Shown: piece by piece, positions 14,546 through 27,584 of the stretch
Position numbering within the stretch: position 1 is the stretch's first letter
Layout: every line of letters begins with the position of its first letter
From: the human T2T-CHM13v2.0 reference genome, Homo sapiens
Direction: 5' to 3' (one strand)
Assembly: GCF_009914755.1 (NCBI RefSeq)
Contig: NC_060931.1
Length of the DNA stretch: 64,000 nucleotides
Translations under genes and position numbers: made by a program
Notes under the pieces: generated by a model
What the model saw: the letters and a program-made list of their open reading frames with translations, nothing else
What the model was told of the DNA's origin: nothing
Database searches by the model: none

Positions 14546-14784
14546 CTCACAGTGGGCATTCACATTTACTATTGTTACCAAACAAGGTATAAAACATATT
14601 ATGGGAGGAAGAAAGAGCTTTGTGAAAGGGACAGCCTCTGGTTACACCTACATTCTTCTTGTTCTGTCCTTTCATCATTATTTTCACTCTATTGAAGTTC
14701 CCCTCTTTCATCAACCTCTTTCTCCTGCATTCTCTCCTTCCTATCAGGTCCAAAGCCTTACATCCTTCTGCCACGCTAGATCAT

Positions 14785-15640
14785 CCTTCACTCAACACAG
14801 TTATTAACTATCTACTATGTGACAGGCACTGGGTTTGGTGCTGGAGGAGACAGAAATTTAAACACTATGCTCCATGTTCTTGAGATATTTACAGTCTGGA
14901 GGGAGACACAAAGATAAAGCAAAACGGAAGACATACTGTAATAGAGGCCAATGTATCCATGATGCAATGAGAGCATCGAGGATGATCCTTAGTTTACATC
15001 ACAGCCTGAGCCTTCCTTCCCAAGAAGGGTGAGGTAAGAGGAGATGGCATTCTAGGAGGAGGATATAGCGTGTGAGAAGGCAGAGAGACAAGAATAATCA
15101 CAGGCATTCTAGAAACTGCAAATAGTGAAGTATTGTTAAAGAGGAAAATGCAAATGTGGGAGATAGATACTGGGGACTGTGTGGTGGAGGCTTTTAGGAC
15201 AAATAAATGAAAAGTCAGAAATATCCATCAGCAAAACCATCTTTTGTTTAGATATTTTTCCATTATAGGCAAAAAGGAACCATTGAAAAATTTTGATTTT
15301 TCACAATTGGACTGAGTTGGCATTTAAAAAATAGTACTCTGGCCAGAGACTGTAGGGGAAAGTGTGTAAAAAACAAACAGTCTATGAAAGAAAGAGAAAG
15401 ACAGCTTCAAGGAAAGCAGTGCCAGCAGGAAAGGAAAGAGAGGAGAAGATGAGGTTGAGAGGGGAGATTTAGGAGGATTTAGATTAAGGAGATGCAACAC
15501 CGTATTAGTGATGGGGGCTTGTGGATATTTGAAGCATCTGAGATGACATACAGCTTTCAAACCTGTGAATGGAGAGAAGGGTAGTGGCATTCTCTGACAT
15601 AAAGAAAACAGAAGGAGCAGCAGGTTTTGGGCAAGTGGGA
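14785..15640 (-). mobile_element. L2 fragment
   Basis: L2 3'-end motifs (cttcactcaaca..ttattaactatctactatgtgacaggcactg..., acagtctggagggagaca) followed by purine-rich L2 body. Confidence 0.55.
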
Positions 15641-18600
15641 CTGCATGCGGTTAGGGGAACAGAGGAGCTGGAAGATGATGAATCCTTAGTGGTTTATCCA
15701 CTTTTTAATTACGCCTTCATAGCACAGATGATTTCTTTAAATTATTCGGCATGTGTTTAGGTACAACCTACTTTTGCCATTAATATTTGTCATACTATAT
15801 AATGACTTTCCAGCAATTCTGCAAGCTACATAAAGACAGAAACATTAATTTAAACTTCTGCTTATATCACACAATTCATCTGGCACAACACTTTGGGCTG
15901 GGAAAGTTCTTGTAAAATATTTGTGAAATAAAAATATATTACCAAAATTGGATTTTCTGGTTTTGTCGAACTACCACATTGCTATTAGCATTATTTCTAT
16001 TTTTTTCCTTGTTCTTCATCATTTCTGCATTCTTTGGTGTCCAAAATATTCACTTACTTGGACTTTATAGCATTTTCTTCTTTATCTTAAATCCCTACAA
16101 TATTTTTATGCCAACATTTAAAACAGTATCAATTATTTCCATTAATATATTTAATTATTTTATTTGGCTCTTTAAAACTTATCTGTTTTCTTGGAATTTC
16201 TCTCCTCCCTCTTCTTTCACTTATAGTCTTTTTAAATTATCTCCTACTCATTTTCATTTTCTTTGACCAACTTCTCGACCTACCACTTCCTCCTTCTAGG
16301 GGATACTTCACTTTTTAAAGTTTATATTTCCTTACAATCATTATATTTCTCCCATCTGTTTATTTTATTTTTATATCTAGCACCATAAGTCTCTCATCAT
16401 GTATCATTTTATTTATTATTATTTCTATTCTCACTTTGAAAGTCATCATGATTCAAGTGACTATATCGTGAGTTTCAAAGTTAGAATATAAAATATTTTC
16501 TAGAGAAATCCAAAATATTTTCTGAAGAAAGAATTAAAATTTGGTATCGGTTTTACAACCCATCAACTAAGAAATGCTGCTCAGTATATGTGTGGTTGTT
16601 TCCTTGTCTCCTGATCTTAAAAAGGGGTCCTGATTAATAAGTAAGCTAGATAGAATAGGTATACCTGGAAGAATTGCACTCTACAAATATAATATATTGT
16701 TGTTTGATTTTCCCCTCTTACTTCTAACAAATCTGGCCTTTTTGTTTCATGAATAAAAATACAAAGAAAATCCAATAACTGGAAAAATAAGTAAGGAAAT
16801 AGTATTGACTGCTGAAAAGAGTAAAAATTAACAAAATAGCCTAAAAAGAACAAAGTTGCACATAGAATATTACTGAAACTATGTCAGTATATACTAGGCC
16901 AGTTTTACCAAGATTTTAACTGGAAATATTTAAAGAAATTTCTCTCCAAAATGAGAAAAACTCAGTGTGATTATTTCATTCAAATAAAAAGCAGTTACAC
17001 TCCAGACTTGTTTACTGATCATTAACTACTAATTGGGTAAGGACTGAGATTACCATTATGTTTAAGAGACAGAAAGAATTTCTGATGCTCAGTGTAAATC
17101 AATAAGAAAATGGAATTGCATTAGCGAAGTGAGATTCACAGCAATGTACTAGGAATATATTTATTATGACCACGGAAGCTATAAAGACACAGATACTCAG
17201 TTGTGATTAACATCATTGGCTCTAGAGTCAGACAGAAGTTGGTTGGAAAAATCTGTGTAGCCAGATTTTTGCAAGCTGCTTACCTGTTTTTGTCTCTATT
17301 TCCAATTCGGACGCAAGTATGGAGAAAAGGGGCACCATATCCTGACAAGCTGACTGACCAGCTTAAAAAACTGGGGCTCTGGGACACCCAGCAAATGACA
17401 TCCTTATAGCTTCAGTTCTCATAAGCCTATCTTCAGTGGTTAGAATCACTGCAACTTTCTACCTTAATGACATTGCGTACCATAAGGTCAATTGAGGAAA
17501 TGGTTAAAACAGAACTCTTCTGTTTGGCCTGTCTAAAGCATTTTCATGAACAGAAATGCCTGTGTTGTTGACAAATGATGAACAAGCCATGAAAGAGTAA
17601 GTCTTCAAAAATATACAAAAGACTAAAACAAAATCACTTTTAAAGCATGAATTCTGAGTTCTGACAGGATCCAAGCTCAAATTTACTTTCTAGAGCATGT
17701 AGATGGCCTTTGGTGAGTTACATGTCTCTGAGCATCAATTCCCTCAAATGTAAAACGAGAAGCACATTTGTACTTGTTTATTCGTTTGTGATGGAGGTTA
17801 AATAAGATAATTTGGGGAAAGCAGTTGGCAGAATGCCTGAAACAGAAGAGTACTCTGCAAATCAGTCTATTCTCCGTCCCTGTTAATAGTACATTGAAAA
17901 ACCAGTTAGGGTCTTTCTTCATTCATGGCACTTTTTTCACTTTAGATGGAATTAAGACATAAGTTAAGGCCAGTCTATTGAACAACTCAATAACAAGCAG
18001 GAAAATGAAGGAAAGAAATCAGTCAATAATTCATTGTTTGTTGGCTCTACATCCTGTAGATTATAGCCCCACATGGAATTATTTTTTATAATTGTGGTTT
18101 TGAAAGAGAAACTTGGATTTTTGTTTCCATTGAATGTTTTAATTAATCTAATATTGTGTCTTTAGAAGCATAGACTTCTTCAGTTTGGTAACCTAAAAGT
18201 TAACAGTAAATTGACTTGCATTTATGTTAAAGTAAACTTCTCCTTAAATTTTATACCCTCCAAAGGCCTACATTCTTTAAAAAAATAATTTGCTTTCATT
18301 GTAAGCAAGTTAAAATAATAGTCTTTCAGTTTAATTAGCAGTTTATTGAATGATTAAATATATGTTTAAAGTGGCCAAAAAATAATATCATGTTATTATA
18401 CTAGGAATAAATCCTCCATTAACATTAATTGAGTTTTAACAAATGAGTTGATTAGGAGGAAAGGAAAGAGGAACCAGCTCACCAGATGCAACTTGGTGCC
18501 AGACACCTGGTTCCTGCATGGACCTAATGTTCTTTTGTCATAGCACCTTGGAAAAAATAATCAGTGGCTGCATTTCTTAAAAATAATACACTTCCCAGTG

Positions 18601-19644
18601 AATGAATCATGTACTAAAATGATTGCTTTTGATTTATTTACTCATTTTGTTTTTCAAAGAGTTTATATTCATTTCTCAGAAAATTATGGAGGATAATCAA
18701 ATTGTCATGCATTTATATGTAAAAAGAGCAGCACAGATGATATGTGGTAATGACCTAAATTTGTCTTGACTAGTTTAATTTCCTACTTTCTCTGCCATAA
18801 GTAAGAATGTATGCTGAGACTAACTCAAAAATATTAAAATATAGCAGGGCTCCAGGTATGAAGCAGGATATGGTCATGATAGGATTCAGCCAAATCTAGA
18901 GGACTCATGGGACCAGGAGAGTTGCAAAGTGAAGATCATAATGTGTCTTAGATGAAGTTCTTGGCAAGGAGATGGGGTGAGAATTCAGAATAGAGCACTA
19001 TTTCTGTGCTGGAATTTGTCATCTGATGGGGCTGCCAGAGATTCATATAGGAGACCTCACAAGGAGCCGGGGTGGGAGGGAAAGGGTTAGTCACACAGAA
19101 TTTGAAAAACAAAACCAACAAAGCCAAAAACAGCTGACAAGGTCTTTTAGTTATTATTATTATTTACAAATTCTGTACGAATTTGAGGGCTTAGAAATTT
19201 GGACCAAAAGGGGTGGGGAGTTTTTCCCTTCCCTCCATGTAGCTCTGTGAGACCTCAGCACAAGGAGAGATAAGCCAAGAATGCTGCAGCTAGAAGATTG
19301 CACCTGGTGGGAGACAACCCACAGATGCCACAGCAGGGGCCAGTCCCTTCTCCAGCTTTGCAGGTAGGATAGGCCTTGACAGTGTCCAAAAGGACTTTAT
19401 TAGCTCACATGAATTCCCTTCAGAGGTCCCAGGATCACTGGCAAAGGCTTCTGGCAGAGGCTGGAGGGACCACCATATTATAGTTAATATGATTCTATTA
19501 TAACCCAGACTGGTGTAACCTCGATTAGTACTTGTTAGAGGAGAGCATCAGCAGGGTTCTTGCCCATTAAGAGGAGGGACTGTGCATAATGGAGTGCTGG
19601 GAATTGCCCCACCTGTGGAGTCAACACACCCAAGGAGACTGGCA

Positions 19645-19865
19645 CTGCACACTTACTGTGTGCCAGGCACTGCTCCAAATAAGTGTTTGAAGAGTGTTTC
19701 TTCATTTCATTCTCACAACAAGCCTGCTACTATACACATCTTTCATATGAGAAAACAGAAGCACAGAGACATTAAGTAGCATGCCCAGGTGACACAGTTT
19801 GTAAGTGGTAAATCTGGGACCTGAAGCAGAGAATCTGGCTCCAAAGCCTGTCCTCTTACTACCAA
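19645..19865 (-). mobile_element. MIR
   Basis: cacttactgtgtgccaggcactg...tcatttcattctcacaacaagcc...gagaaaacagaagcacagaga..ttaagtagcatgcccag. Confidence 0.7.
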
Positions 19866-20428
19866 GTGACGTTTGTGCCTGGCACAGAGAAGGTGCTCAT
19901 TAAATGTTTGCTGATTCAAATCATTTTACCAAGAAATTAAACATGCTTGAGCTTATTGTTCTGGACTTAATGCCCTGACTACTCTTAAAAAGCAAACAAA
20001 AATGCTTACAAGTACACCACAATGAAACAAAACCTGGAATTATCAGAACATGGTAAATGCTTTATTAGATTTTCTGATTGACCAAGGGAAATTACTCTAA
20101 GCTTTCAATGTCTTCTTTTCCTACAAGGGAACTAAATTTCCAGGAAGTTCTGTGACAAAGCCACAGAGCTGAGAAGTAAATTAGTCTGTGCTGGACCTAG
20201 GATTTCCCTTGTTCTTCCACCTCTGTCCCCAGCAATTGCTTTGCTGCCTATTCTCAGGGGAAGGCATTGCACTAGCCATGCATGCTCCCTGGAGAATGAC
20301 AACTTGAACTGCAAAATCTCAAAGGTTGTGCTTCTTTTGTTCTTCCTCTCATCTAGTTGATAGGCAGAGAACAATTCTGATTGAATATTCTATTTAATTA
20401 TGTTTAATCATACTAAGAATCAACCAAT

Positions 20429-20441
20429 GTTAATTATTAAA
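20429..20441. promoter_or_regulatory. Candidate HNF1A/B site in proximal intron 1
   Basis: GTTAATTATTAAA versus consensus GTTAATNATTAAC (1 mismatch), ~165 bp from the exon 1 donor. Confidence 0.45.
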
Positions 20442-20606
20442 AAGGGAGAAAATGGCCAAAACATCATGTACAACCATCCTGACTTTAGGTATGAAGGGTC
20501 AACATTCATTCAGCTCTGAGCCAGGCAGTTAAACAGCAAACAGTTTTAATAAAGGACAATTAAATAAGTCAGGAAATCCACCAGTCTGTTCTCCAGGTTC
20601 ACTCAC

Positions 20607-20705
20607 CTTGGTGTGGAGGACGATGGGCAGAGGTAGTAAAACCAACACAGTGAAAACCACGAAGAGAAATCGGCGATAAACCAGAATGTAACTGAAGAAT
20701 TTCAT
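20607..20705 (-). CDS. SLC13A1: SLC13A1 (Na+/sulfate cotransporter NaS1) coding exon 1, MKFFSYILVYRRFLFVVFTVLVLLPLPIVLHTK
   Basis: Minus-strand ATG at 20705-20703 (context ggacaATGa, A at -3). The 33 codons match the N-terminus of human SLC13A1. Ends at a phase-0 donor AAG|GTGAGT (20606-20601). Too short for the ORF track. Confidence 0.97.
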
Positions 20706-21000
20706 TGTCCTGAGCAGGTGGCTTCAATAGTGTCCTCCAAATAAAGCAGATGTTAAATAACCAACTTGGATTAATATTTTTCCAGCCTGTCACCTTCACT
20801 CACTGCCCTAGACCGACCAACACAAGTTAAAATTAAATCTCATTTTTTATTGTTTTACTATCACAATTAACATGAAGAGATAGGCCCAAGACTTTTCATG
20901 AGAAATCAAAGACCATTTGCTCCTCTGGGTTTTCAAGGAAAAACTGTTCTTTCCCTGCTTTCTTTGATCACATTCACTGAAATACAGACTGGACAAGCCT
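20706..21000 (-). promoter_or_regulatory. SLC13A1: SLC13A1 5'UTR and CpG-poor proximal promoter
   Basis: Immediately upstream of the ATG; AT-rich with no CpG island. HNF1-like half-sites GTTAAATAACC (20752-20762) and GATTAATATT (~20769-20778); HNF4-like CAAAGACCA (20907-20915). The TSS cannot be determined from sequence. Confidence 0.6.
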
Positions 21001-22777
21001 AGGAGAAGGCAAAACCATGAAGCTGGTTGTTTGTTCACAATGAGGCACTTCCAACCCTTTTGATGTCCTCTGACTTCCAGACTCCCTAACTGGAGTAGTT
21101 ACCACATTGTCATGGTGCCATGAGTGAGTCTCCACAGGCAGCCTCCATGGCCCTTTCTAAGGAAGTATGTTTTCAGTGTGTAAATTGAAATAGCAACTAA
21201 TAGTTGGAATTTCAGTGTATGACAGTGAAAGGGAAACTTTTTTGTTTAGAGATGGATTTTTAACGGACTTCTTGGACAATGTATTGCAAGGGTCTTCTAC
21301 AAAATTTATAGCAAATGTCCCTGTTGGTTAGAAGCAAAGTTTTGTGTATTTCTTGGACCCTATTGTCTCTTTTGATAGAAAACCAAAATAACCATGAAGT
21401 GTTATATAAACCCTCTATTTTAAGACCTTTGAAGGCTTGATTTGATACTGTTGTGCTGATACAGACTACATAATTATCAGGGAATCTGCATAAAGATGAG
21501 TGATTAGGGACATTCAAGTGGTGTGTGATGTGTGTGTGTGTATGGTTTGTGCACATGAGCACATGGGAAGTTGGAGACTGTTCCAACAGTGATATGGAGG
21601 ATGTATTTTGAAAATCTTCAGGGATAAGGACCCTGGTTTTTTTCACGTTGTGTTGTAAATTGATGATCCAGTAAACCTCAAGTTAGCAACTACTACTTGT
21701 CTTTAGATATAAATGAAACACATTCCCAGCCCTACTAGAATTTATAGTCAATATCTCTTGACATAGATAACCTTACTCTTATGTAATCTATAGTTAGCAT
21801 TTAGGTCTTATTTCTAACTTCATACTAATATAACTCTGCATTCTCTTTCCATCAAGAGAAACAATTCTCTCACCAGTACTCACCATATTAATGTAAATGA
21901 GAAAGCATTTTTTTCCTGTAAAAAATTTAAATTCCTAAACATCTATTATGGACAGTTATTCAGGAAAATCAGAATAGTAAACAGAAAAAAAGTTTCCAAA
22001 CCAGAAAGTCTTATTATATCTTAAATTTCTTAGATGAAAGGATAATTACAAATGATATTGTAATAAAATGGTAAGTGATAATAAATAGGTAACAATAGTA
22101 TATAGTGTTAAAATTAATTTATGAACTGATTTACTCAAACCAGTTGTAGTACTTATTTTTTTCCATTAACACCCTGTACAGTTCTCTAGTTCATTGCATG
22201 CTTTTTTTTAAACTACTACTTTTTGAAGAAACCATTTTTGCTCTCAGATTTCCTTCAGCTACCTGGTGAGATGATTTGAGCCTCACTTTTTCATCTTAGA
22301 GGATTTTACTTTGTGAGATGACACCAAAAAACGAAAAGGCATTTGTGTGACATTTAAAGGAAATGAGAGCCTATGTGTAGGCAACTGGAACCAGACAGAG
22401 GCTAAGGGAAAAGCACTTGACATTTGTTAGTCCCTCCTTTCTGTGCCCTATTTTCTCTCTTTAGGTCCTCATTTCTCACCAGAGGAAGGCTCCAGGACCC
22501 TATTCTTATGGCCTGGGCTCTAGCTAGCTGAATCTGCTGTGGGTGTTCATTATTACAAAACAGCCTCACCTTCTCCTTACCTTCAGCCAACCTCTTATTC
22601 CTCGGTGGTTTTCTCTTCACTGTCATAGAGAGAAAAAAATCTAATAAAATAATTTGCACTAAACATGAATGACTGATGTGAGCTGAATGTCTCTGCAAGA
22701 GTCACTGGGGAATGAAACTCTAAGGGAGACTTCAGGGCCCCTTGGATACATATCTTAAGGTACCCTTCAAATCACAT

Positions 22778-22782
22778 CACGC
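22778..22782 (-). promoter_or_regulatory. Candidate AhR/ARNT xenobiotic response element core (GCGTG)
   Basis: CACGC on + (GCGTG on -) about 2.07 kb upstream of the ATG in CpG-depleted DNA. Confidence 0.35.
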
Positions 22783-25700
22783 TTTAACTAGCTCCATGCC
22801 TAGGACAAATTAGTCACAGTTGTCAAATTTCACCTCTTCTTTGTACAGAAAATCATAAACCTTACTACATCATAATTGTGTTATGTTTTATCTAAACTGA
22901 ATCACACCATTACATAATCATGAATCAGTTCATGACTATGTTCATTCATTTGTTCTTAAGCTTCGCCTAGCCCTTAATTAAAAAACATGTTTACCAAAAA
23001 AATCACAGATATTGTTCATTCATTCATTGTTATAGTTATATCCTATGTCCCAGAGAGTTTACATTTAGTACCTCATTTAATCTTCAAAACTTGATACAAG
23101 TTATATGTATGTATTGTTATTATTATTTATATTTTATAGATTTGAAAACTAAGATTCAAAGAGGTAAAGTAAAATATCCCAGGTACTAAATGGCAAAACA
23201 ATTCATTTGAATCCAGTTCTTTCTGGCACCTAAGGCAATGCTCCTTGTACTACGTTTGAGGTCTACCATCAAGAATATTCATTTGGCACTAAGCACTAAC
23301 TTCAAGTCTAGAATTTGTATGGAGATACCTGGTTTGGTTAGTTTAGGGACTGTAGTTCTGGCGTTTGCCATTGAGACTTCTGGATGGTCATAAATTATGT
23401 GAAGCTCAGGTTCAAGCACAGAGGAAATGAAGGGTTTCTTATTGGTAGTAAAGAAGTTAGATTGCCCAAGATGCTTGAGTTGTCTAACCAACTGAGGGGA
23501 GTGGAAACTAGTTTTTATCCAGTTGTCTCACATGCTTCTCTCAGGCCTACCTTCTGGTTGTCTCTTTCTTATGCTTATGTTTATAATGTTAACTCCCAAA
23601 TTTGTGTTCTTCAAGCCTTTCCTTCTTCCAAGAATATGGTTTCCATCTCTGTTTTAAATGCTAACCATAGTTGAAGTTTGACCTTGTAGATTCATCTCAA
23701 AACCATCCTAACAATCCCAGTCCTTGCACAAATCCCCAATCCTTGACTTTCCATGCACACACCCAGGGTGGTCCTTGAGCCAACTGTATTCAAATAATAT
23801 CAGATGCTTAACAAAAATGCAGATTCCCTGCCCTTTTGGATCTAAATGTGACTTTGAAACCTTCATGTTTTCTTGGCACCCTGCGTAATTTTTAATACAC
23901 AGTAAAGTTTGAAAATCATAGATAATATCTGTAAGACACACTGTGGCCTGTGAGTAGACCAATGTTATTTACTATTTTAATAATGCATGTAAATCTTACA
24001 TCTTCTGTAAGATTGTTAATTCTTTGAGTACAAGGAAGTACAGACTACTTCCTTTGCATCACTTATGTCCCTAGTAAAGTGTTGGGTACAAGTAAATACT
24101 CAAAGAATACTTTCTCTAAACTTACCTATGAGTATAGATAAATGGAAACCAATTAGCTTCCTTGTTTATATAGTATGGTTTACTCAAGCAGTTTGTCAAT
24201 AGAATATATAGGTTTGCAATGAGATATGGCTTTTCAATGGAAAATATTTGCCCCATTGCAAATGTACTCATACATATATACACTTAGATGAAAAAGTGTA
24301 TATACTCAGTATACACTTTTACTTTGCTGGCAAAAACAGCCAGGTGCATTTGTATACAAAAAGACAGTGCATTTGCTTCAATTATGTATTTCTATTTTCA
24401 CTCTTAGGGTTTTTAGAGTTCAAAGTGCATGCCAGGTTTATTCAATTGCTATTGTTGGGATTATTGGTCAAAAAATGTAAGCCAGATTTTCTCCCAACAT
24501 TCATTTGTTCTTAAGCTGTGACTAGCCCTTAATTCAAAAACTCACTCATAGTGTACCCTTAATTGTATACTCTGGTTACCTACATAAATTGCATGACTTA
24601 CAAGCACTGCGCTGTGAAGGGTATACTCTTTGAGTGCCATATGTGAGCTGAATCCCCAAACATTTTAGATACTGTTAAAACTAAGATGATCTTTTTTCCT
24701 CAGTAGCATCCTGTAGTCATTTACATTAGCACTTTTTAGAGTTTTATTTCTTTTTCTGCTCACCTCTCCCTTCCTTAAGATGTTGAGTCTTCTTGATGAA
24801 AGAAAAGCATGTAGATTGTGTATATAGTAAAATTTCCAGGCTGATGTCAATTAACTATATCAATTTTTACTTTCATTTCCTAAGATAAAGGATAAAATAA
24901 TTAGCTAAGGTAGAATAATCTACCCTAGAGACTGTAGATTTATATACAAGTCCCTAAAAACTTAAATTAACGTCATTTATTATTAACCACAGTTTCAATA
25001 ATTATTCTTCCAGTGTAATGAAGTAAATGACTAACTGAATAGATGAAGATTGAACTGTGTCCTACAAGGTGAAGACCTGAATGCTCATGAACTGAGAAGG
25101 AAAGCAAATTCCTAAACAGGAAGACCTCCCTCTAGCAATAACAGCACCTGCCAGAATATGTCAGCTCTGAAGCCAAGACACCACTGGCCACAACCTCCAT
25201 CAGGTTGGGGAGGAATAATTTTATCTTGGCTGAGCCTTATCTCATTTTAATCTTGGGTTCTCTGGGAGGTGAAAGAGGAAAATTCAGGGAGCTGGGAATG
25301 TAGAGAAGGGAAGCGAAAGGACATTCCAGGACACTTAACAAACTATTAGAAAAGGGAAGCTGAGTAAAACTACTCTCAGATATCTAGAACACTGTTTGTT
25401 CCACTCCTCTTCCTGCTTGTGTCACCCTCCCCTGCACAGCCACCTCGTGTCACAGTCATGTCTTGACACAGGCAACTGTACTGTAATCCTTGTGAAAATG
25501 TTTAGCATATTCAGAGGTGAACCCAGGACCCCTGGATATGGCATTTATTAAGTCAGCACTTGGGTAGTGACTGCTGTGATTCTAGGACTCTTAGAAACGG
25601 AAATCCATAGAAATGGATCATGGAGAAATACCCTAGAATCCCAGCTGATCCAAGTGTCCACTCCCCCTGTCAAGTCAGAAGGCTTCCATGGAACTCAGAC

Positions 25701-27584
25701 TAGCTAATCAGCAACTGCTTTTGAGTACAGCTAGAAAAAAAACAAGTTTAAAGAAATTAATGAGGGAAACGTTTTCTCAGTCATCTCAGTTCTGCTACAA
25801 ATTCACTGTTGCTCATGGCCAAATGTGTTAATTTTTCTCTTTCAGAAAAAAAAAAAAACCCTGATATTCCTCCTGCCATTTTTACCACCAAAAATATTGT
25901 CTCTTTGGAGCATCTCATGTCCCTGATAACAATGAAAAGATAAAGCGTTAACATAATTCTAATGGTGAACTTATTTTAAGTGTAGTAAATGACATTGACA
26001 CAATCCAGTTTCCTGTCAGGCTGACCCATCTTTGGAATTTTTTTTTACCTAAGCATAGACTAGCTGACAATATGTTATTAACATGAATATAAGATGTTAG
26101 CCAGGCTGCCCTCTCACAATAATTTTCTTTGGCATAGCTACAGCATTCACTGTTCTTCACCAGTTGGCTTCTTTTATTATATGAGGTTGGTGGCTTTTGG
26201 TTCAAACTGGTTGCTTATGAAGAAAATTCAGTATTTAAAGAAAATGTGTGCCTTACAACCTCATGAAGAAACACACCAACATTTACTCTAAGTCATTTAT
26301 ACTTACATTTTTATCCATTTTCCTTATCATTGATTCTAAAAGATACATTTTTCAGAACAATATTTTCTTCTCAACTTATATCATTGTACAATTAAACCAC
26401 ATTAATTGGCAGATAGGCCAGGAGGACACAGCTTGATTTATACTTTTGTCCCAGATAAACGAATGATAGTGAGTAGTTTGATCTCTGGGAGGTTTTAAAA
26501 GAAATGAGGTTACTAAAATGGACCCAAATACAGATTTTTCTAGTGAATGAATTGATATGAATAAAATACTGTGCCTCTACAAGGGAAAGAGAGCCTATTC
26601 ACAGCAAAGAACTCCAAGTGACTTAGTAGAGCATAAGACAAATGCAATTGGAGGCAATTAATTGTGAATGCTCTGTTATTTTGCATAACAATCTCCATTT
26701 TCATAGTCCCTAAAATAATTACAAGTTCTCATGGCAAGAGTCTTGGCCTGGGGTGACTTTCTGAGAACCACAGTAACTTTGGTTTGGAAAATTGATCTAG
26801 ACCTCCATGTAATATCCATGCCAAAGAGCCCATTCTTTCTCAATACCTCTGCTGATGGATGACTCATTTCTCCTCATTTCATATTTAAATACCTGCTTTC
26901 CTCTCTGTTAGACTTCCTTTCCCTCTGCCATTGGACAAAATTTGGCTTCTTGTGGCTTCATCTACTGTTCTAATTCTGCTTCTTGGGACCATGAGAGGGA
27001 GAACTTCAACTTCTCTTCCATGTGACAGCCTGTATATACCTGAAGTCTTCCCATTTCCATTTGCTTCAGCTATTCCTCATGTCTCAAATGTTAAGTCTCT
27101 TCACTATCCTGGGCACTCATCTCTCTGACTCTGGCTGAGTTCCTGAGTTGAATGTTCTATTTCAGATTCTGTTTGGCAGCAAAAAGCAGGAGTAGACTGA
27201 CACCTCCTTGGTTCTGGACATGATTCTTCTAACAATGCAGGCAAAATTGCATGAGCTTTTTTACATCGCAGAAACATATTGAGCTTATTATTCAATAAAC
27301 ATTCAAAAATATGTTTTATGTATTAAAGCTAAGTAATTTCTATGTTGTCATAATGATAAATATGGCATATTTTTCTTGTTTTCATCTTGTTAGGTTTGTA
27401 CATATGCTTTGAATTGCCAGGACTTATTTATCACATGTATGCTATGCACATATTTAGTAATAGTGTCCTCTACATTTTAATCTAAAATCATTGATATTAT
27501 ACTCAACAGGTTCCCTTCTTCAAGTATGTTCTTTCAAGTTGAAATTCTTTTACTAGAAAGCTTTTGGGTACTACTATTAACTTG

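Noticed and set aside
20487-20501. DR3-like vitamin D response element AGGTAT-gaa-GGGTCA
   Set aside because: First half-site has two mismatches; chance-level match.
20599-20799. 66-aa minus-strand ORF over exon 1
   Set aside because: Alternative frame with a non-ATG (GTG) start overlapping the true exon; no support.
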